From Candidatus Poribacteria bacterium (GTDB lineage Bacteria > Poribacteria > WGA-4E > UBA9662), in NCBI GenBank assembly GCA_036339735.1, contig JAYZAL010000056.1:1-10762 (forward strand): 10,762 bases of DNA. Reading direction: 5' to 3'. The first letter of the stretch is position 1. Each line of letters opens with the position of its first letter. Shown here piece after piece: positions 7,097 to 10,762 of this stretch. The position numbers were made by a program, and so were the translations under genes. The notes under the pieces were generated by a model. It saw nothing but the letters and a program-made list of their open reading frames with translations, was not told where the DNA came from and did no database searches.

Positions 7097-8413
7097 ATGA
7101 AGTTTTACGATCTACGCATTTTATTTCTCATATTAATGGTAGTAACAGTCGTTTTTATGGGCTGTTCGGAGGATGATGATGAGGATGGTGATGAATTGGC
7201 TGGTGATTTAACGTCTGTCGGTGCATTAGGTGATGTCGTTGTCCTTAGTGGGAAAATTACAGAAGATACAAAGCTAACAGCCAACTATAAGTATCTCTTA
7301 CGCGGCGGTGTATTCGTCGAACTGGGTGCCACTCTCGATATTGAAGCAGGAACCACTATCTATGGTGAAGGTGCTAGTAATGGTACGCTTATCATCTCCA
7401 AGGGCGGAAAAATAGAAGCTAATGGTACAGCTTCTAAGCCAATTATAATGACATGTGACCAAGCACCAGGCTCACGTGCTCGTGGACAGTGGGGTGGACT
7501 AATTGTTAACGGTTCAGCACCTATTAATGTTGGGGCAGAAGCGTTTGGCGAAGGGGATACCGGATCTTACGGTGGAACAAATCCAGCTGATAGTAGTGGT
7601 ACTCTGAAATACGTTAGAATCGAATTTGCAGGTATTGAATTTAGTCCGGATAATGAGTTGAATGGAATTGCTTTCCAAGGTGTTGGATCTGGCACCGTCG
7701 TGGACTATGTTCAAGTACATTTCAATCAAGATGATGGTATTGAATTCTTCGGTGGGACGGTTAACGCCAAGCACCTCGTATGTAGTGGAATTCGGGATGA
7801 TTCTTTTGACTGGACTTATGGCTGGACTGGTAAAGGCCAGTATTGGATTGCTCAGCAGAGAGGAGACGATGCTGACCAAGGATTTGAAATTGATAACAAT
7901 AGCAAGAATAATGAAGCTACGCCTCGATCAGATGCTCAGATTTACAATGTAACCTTGGTTGGTGATCCCAAAGGTAAAGAAAGTGATATTGGCATGCTAG
8001 TTCGGGAAGGCGCCGCGGGAACGTACAAAAATATAATTGCAATGGGTTTTCGTAAAACTGGTCTCAGGATTGACGGAGATGTATCTCAACGAATGGCTGC
8101 AGAAGGTAAAACCATTATACAAAACTGTATCTTTTTCGGTAATACGTCTGAAGGTGCTGAAAAGCAATTCCATAGCGATTTTGAGAAAAATATGGCACTT
8201 GATGCAGCTAATAGTAATCGAGTAGTTGATCCTGAATTGGGTGCACCGTACGATTTAACGGCGCCAAATTTCACCCCTGCCGCCGGATCACCGGCTCTAG
8301 TTGGTGCTGCCACTCCACCTTCTGATGGGTTCTTTGATAAGACCAATTTTGTCGGAGCCATGGGAGCAGGAGATAATTGGATCGCAGGTTGGACTAACTT
8401 TGCACAAAACTAA
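7097..8413 (+). CDS. Lipoprotein with probable right-handed beta-helix (pectin-lyase-like) fold; function unknown
   Basis: GAGG RBS at 7084-7087; type II signal peptide ending in lipobox FMG-C23, then acidic SEDDDEDGDE. Motifs GATLDIEAGTTI, ANGTASKPIIMT, GQWGGL, SGTLKYVRIEFAG, DNELNG and DDGIEFFGGTVN belong to a family I recognise as commonly encoded next to this receptor type. Confidence 0.85.
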   Translation: MKFYDLRILFLILMVVTVVFMGCSEDDDEDGDELAGDLTSVGALGDVVVLSGKITEDTKLTANYKYLLRGGVFVELGATLDIEAGTTIYGEGASNGTLIISKGGKIEANGTASKPIIMTCDQAPGSRARGQWGGLIVNGSAPINVGAEAFGEGDTGSYGGTNPADSSGTLKYVRIEFAGIEFSPDNELNGIAFQGVGSGTVVDYVQVHFNQDDGIEFFGGTVNAKHLVCSGIRDDSFDWTYGWTGKGQYWIAQQRGDDADQGFEIDNNSKNNEATPRSDAQIYNVTLVGDPKGKESDIGMLVREGAAGTYKNIIAMGFRKTGLRIDGDVSQRMAAEGKTIIQNCIFFGNTSEGAEKQFHSDFEKNMALDAANSNRVVDPELGAPYDLTAPNFTPAAGSPALVGAATPPSDGFFDKTNFVGAMGAGDNWIAGWTNFAQN

Positions 8414-8420
8414 TAGGTTT

Positions 8421-8990
8421 TTGTTATATAGGCAGTATTTCAGTACTGCCTTTCTCCTTACAAAAAAACGGAACTGGCAGATTTTTTTGCTAGTTCCAGT
8501 TTTTTTTGGCTTTCTTTGTTTTATTGGTTGTGGTGATAAGCGAAATTGGTCTCATGCTCATCGTTCCACATCTGAATTAGGACAGGCTATCGTTAAGTCA
8601 ATTTCGAATCATTCAGAAAACAATGTTAATGAGAATCTGAGATATCAGGCAGAAGATCTGCATAAACATCGAGTCTCCAAGACTGAATATCTTGGCTGGG
8701 TTCTACCGGCCTTTCCTGAAACGCATTTTCCGCAGGAATTTGTTTGGGATAACCTAAATAAAAAGTGTATAGTTGGAGTACAAAAATGGGCTAAACAATT
8801 CCAAAACCAAAAGCTAGAGTTCGTGTCCCTTGATTTTGAACAAGAGCCAATACCATACGAAGGATTTAGGTTATTACGAGGAACAATATTGTCAGTAAAA
8901 GATGATAGAGGACAGGTACTTAGACTTGACATTCTTGGGTCTGTCATCGAAAAATCTGGCGAATATAAATTACTTAGTTATAAAGATTAA
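8421..8990 (+). CDS. Hypothetical lipoprotein (start uncertain: TTG 8421 or TTG 8487)
   Basis: Open frame to TAA 8990. KKRNW-QIFLLVPVFFGFLCFIG-C has a basic n-region, a hydrophobic h-region and lipobox FIG-C (Cys codon 8529-8531), followed by a globular-looking domain ending LGSVIEKSGEYKLLSYKD. The called start at 8301 overlaps the upstream gene by 113 bp. Confidence 0.75.
   Translation: MLYRQYFSTAFLLTKKRNWQIFLLVPVFFGFLCFIGCGDKRNWSHAHRSTSELGQAIVKSISNHSENNVNENLRYQAEDLHKHRVSKTEYLGWVLPAFPETHFPQEFVWDNLNKKCIVGVQKWAKQFQNQKLEFVSLDFEQEPIPYEGFRLLRGTILSVKDDRGQVLRLDILGSVIEKSGEYKLLSYKD
8430..8451 (+). terminator. Stem-loop 1 after lipoprotein gene
   Basis: AGGCAGTAT-TTCA-GTACTGCCT, a 9-bp stem with one G-U pair, followed by a weak pyrimidine tail TTCTCCTT. 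Confidence 0.5.
8461..8508 (+). terminator. Intrinsic terminator-like stem-loop 2
   Basis: A7 (8462-8468), then GGAACTGGCAGA (8470-8481)-TTTT-TTTGCTAGTTCC (8486-8497), a 12-bp stem with two G-U pairs, then T8 (8500-8507). Confidence 0.65.
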
Positions 8991-9063
8991 TCATGTGTCG
9001 TATTTTCTTTCGTTCAATTCTTTCTTTTTAGTTAATTATTCTTTTGCTATTGGCATGGGATAA

Positions 9064-9918
9064 ATGCACGACAATCAAATGTATCAAAAAAAATCAGCTA
9101 CAAAAAAGAATAGTACAGCCTTTACCATCTCCATCTTACTCCACGTATTATTGGCTGTTTACATCACCTTTTATGCTATAAAAGAAGTCGTCGAGCAGAG
9201 GCAGGAAAATTTCGCATCTATTACCCACACACGCCCCCCAGGTATGAGAAGATTAACAAAACCTAGGGCCCAGATGCGACAGCTGAAACAGCCGAGGATG
9301 ACAAAGCCCACTGCCATCAAAACTCAGAAACCTCTGACAACAGCGGTTAATCTGCCAGTCAGTAATAATTCGGGTTTCACTCTACCTCCATCACAACTTC
9401 CTTCTGGCGGGTTATCTGCAAATTCATTGGGCGATTCGATGAAAAGTTTAATGAGTGATTTCCAACCAGTAAGAGTTGCGACATCAGTTCCAGTTACCGC
9501 GAACAGCCAATCGACTTCCTTAACTATGATGACGTCGATGGATATGGGGGTTTTAGATTCCAGTATATCCAACTTTGAACCAGATTCAATAACGATGGGC
9601 GCTGTAAATTTTAGTAACTCATCTGAATCCATAGACGCTTACATAAAGAAAGTTAGTGAAAAAATTAAACGTGCTCAGAGATTTGCCCGGAGTGCTAATG
9701 TTACTAAGGGAGGAATTATAGACGTGCAATTCGTGATTGACCAAAAAGGAAGTCTGGTTTTGCTAACAGTTGACCAAAGCTCTGGCTCTAAAACCCTAGA
9801 TCAGCTGGCGTTGGCTGTAGTTCAGTCGGCCGTGCCTTTTTCAAAATTGCCCGATGATTATAACAACAATGAGCTCAGTCTGATTTTACCTGTGATTTTC
9901 CAAGTACAATCTAACTGA
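9064..9918 (+). CDS. tonB: TonB family energy transducer
   Basis: Single N-terminal TM helix with S-x3-H (SILLH), a long low-complexity linker, and a TonB_C-like C-terminus (GIIDVQFVIDQKGSL, SSGSKTLDQLAL, AVPF). Confidence 0.82.
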   Translation: MHDNQMYQKKSATKKNSTAFTISILLHVLLAVYITFYAIKEVVEQRQENFASITHTRPPGMRRLTKPRAQMRQLKQPRMTKPTAIKTQKPLTTAVNLPVSNNSGFTLPPSQLPSGGLSANSLGDSMKSLMSDFQPVRVATSVPVTANSQSTSLTMMTSMDMGVLDSSISNFEPDSITMGAVNFSNSSESIDAYIKKVSEKIKRAQRFARSANVTKGGIIDVQFVIDQKGSLVLLTVDQSSGSKTLDQLALAVVQSAVPFSKLPDDYNNNELSLILPVIFQVQSN

Positions 9919-9958
9919 CCCATTTTTACGTACTTTTATTTATACAAACAGAAAGGTT

Positions 9959-10666
9959 ATGAACCCGAAAATTTTGCTAGTTGAAGATGATATTGAAATA
10001 GTCAATATGCTAAGGGTGCCATTCGAACAGGCGAATTTTACTGTGGTAACTGTTCATGATGGAGAAGCTGCTATCGATTTCATATCAAAACAAACACCTG
10101 ACCTGATTTTGTTGGACTTGATGCTTCCCAAAATTGATGGGTTAGAGGTATATCGATCAGTTAGACACAATAACCGCACCAAAAATATTCCCATCATTAT
10201 GCTAACCGCCAAAGCTGAAGAAATTGATCGAATCGTCGGCCTTGAATTAGGTGCTGACGATTATATTGCTAAGCCATTCAGTCTTCGAGAAGTAATCCTT
10301 AGAGTACAAGCAGTATTGAGACGAAACCATATCCCAAAAGATTTATCCCAAGTTGAGGGCGACTGGTTCAAGGTTCATGATGTCCACATTGATATTGAAA
10401 GGCGAAAAGTTAAGTGTTTGTCTGATGATGATTCCAATCCAGAGGTTGAGCTAACCGCCACCGAATTTGATCTACTGGTGATATTAGCTAAATCACCGGG
10501 CCGCGTTTTCACTCGTAGTATTCTGATGGACCAAGTTTGGGGGCAAGATTACTACGGTGTTGATCGGACCGTGGACACTCACATGAGTCGATTACGTAGA
10601 AAATTAGGCACCTGTGGTGATCATATACAAACTGTTCATGGCGTTGGTTATCGGTTTAAATCATGA
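9959..10666 (+). CDS. OmpR/PhoB-family response regulator, PhoB/PhoP-like
   Basis: Receiver domain: ILLVEDD, PDLILLD53LMLP, IPIIMLTAKAEEIDRIVGLELGADDYIAKPFS. Winged helix: LTATEFDLL, PGRVFTR, VWG, RTVDTHMSRLRRKL, IQTVHGVGYRF. AAAGG RBS upstream. Confidence 0.95.
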   Translation: MNPKILLVEDDIEIVNMLRVPFEQANFTVVTVHDGEAAIDFISKQTPDLILLDLMLPKIDGLEVYRSVRHNNRTKNIPIIMLTAKAEEIDRIVGLELGADDYIAKPFSLREVILRVQAVLRRNHIPKDLSQVEGDWFKVHDVHIDIERRKVKCLSDDDSNPEVELTATEFDLLVILAKSPGRVFTRSILMDQVWGQDYYGVDRTVDTHMSRLRRKLGTCGDHIQTVHGVGYRFKS

Positions 10667-10762
10667 TTTTAAGAAGACCGTAAATGTATAAATGCTAATT
10701 TATTAATTTTTGGGTATAACAAAGTCTATATTAGTTGTTCCCAATGGAACATGTAGAAAGCT

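Noticed and set aside
7514-8361. Four short ORFs within the beta-helix lipoprotein gene
   Set aside because: Shadow frames with no motifs.
8301-8420. N-terminal extension of the 229-aa ORF
   Set aside because: Overlaps the upstream gene by 113 bp and would place the lipobox about 77 residues in.
8993-9031. Mini-ORF MCRIFFRSILSF in the T-rich spacer before tonB
   Set aside because: Only 12 codons and no RBS; an in-frame TAA directly precedes the tonB ATG, so it is not a frameshifted extension.
8645-9632. Minus-strand ORFs 8645-8947 and 9324-9632
   Set aside because: Antisense to better-supported genes.
10736-10751. TGTTCC-CAAT-GGAACA hairpin
   Set aside because: A 6-bp stem with no U-tract, at the window edge; not enough to call a terminator.

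Overview
Bacterial genomic window from a diderm organism, moderately AT-rich by eye, with eight supportable CDSs. The left part holds the 3' portion of a citramalate synthase (cimA-like, truncated at the window edge), closely followed by mutL. A 385-bp gap between convergent genes follows. It contains a 172-bp segment bounded by a perfect 13-bp inverted repeat, and inside that a GTAG-tagged REP-like hairpin. Next is a minus-strand Gfo/Idh/MocA oxidoreductase. The right part is a five-gene plus-strand cluster: TonB-dependent receptor, beta-helix-type lipoprotein, uncharacterised lipoprotein, TonB protein and PhoB/PhoP-like response regulator. A degenerate Pho-box/-10 arrangement lies upstream of this cluster. 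I infer, but cannot prove from sequence alone, that it is a phosphate-starvation outer-membrane scavenging module. Two terminator-like hairpins overlap the signal-peptide codons of its third gene. No rRNA, tRNA, CRISPR array or transposase was seen.
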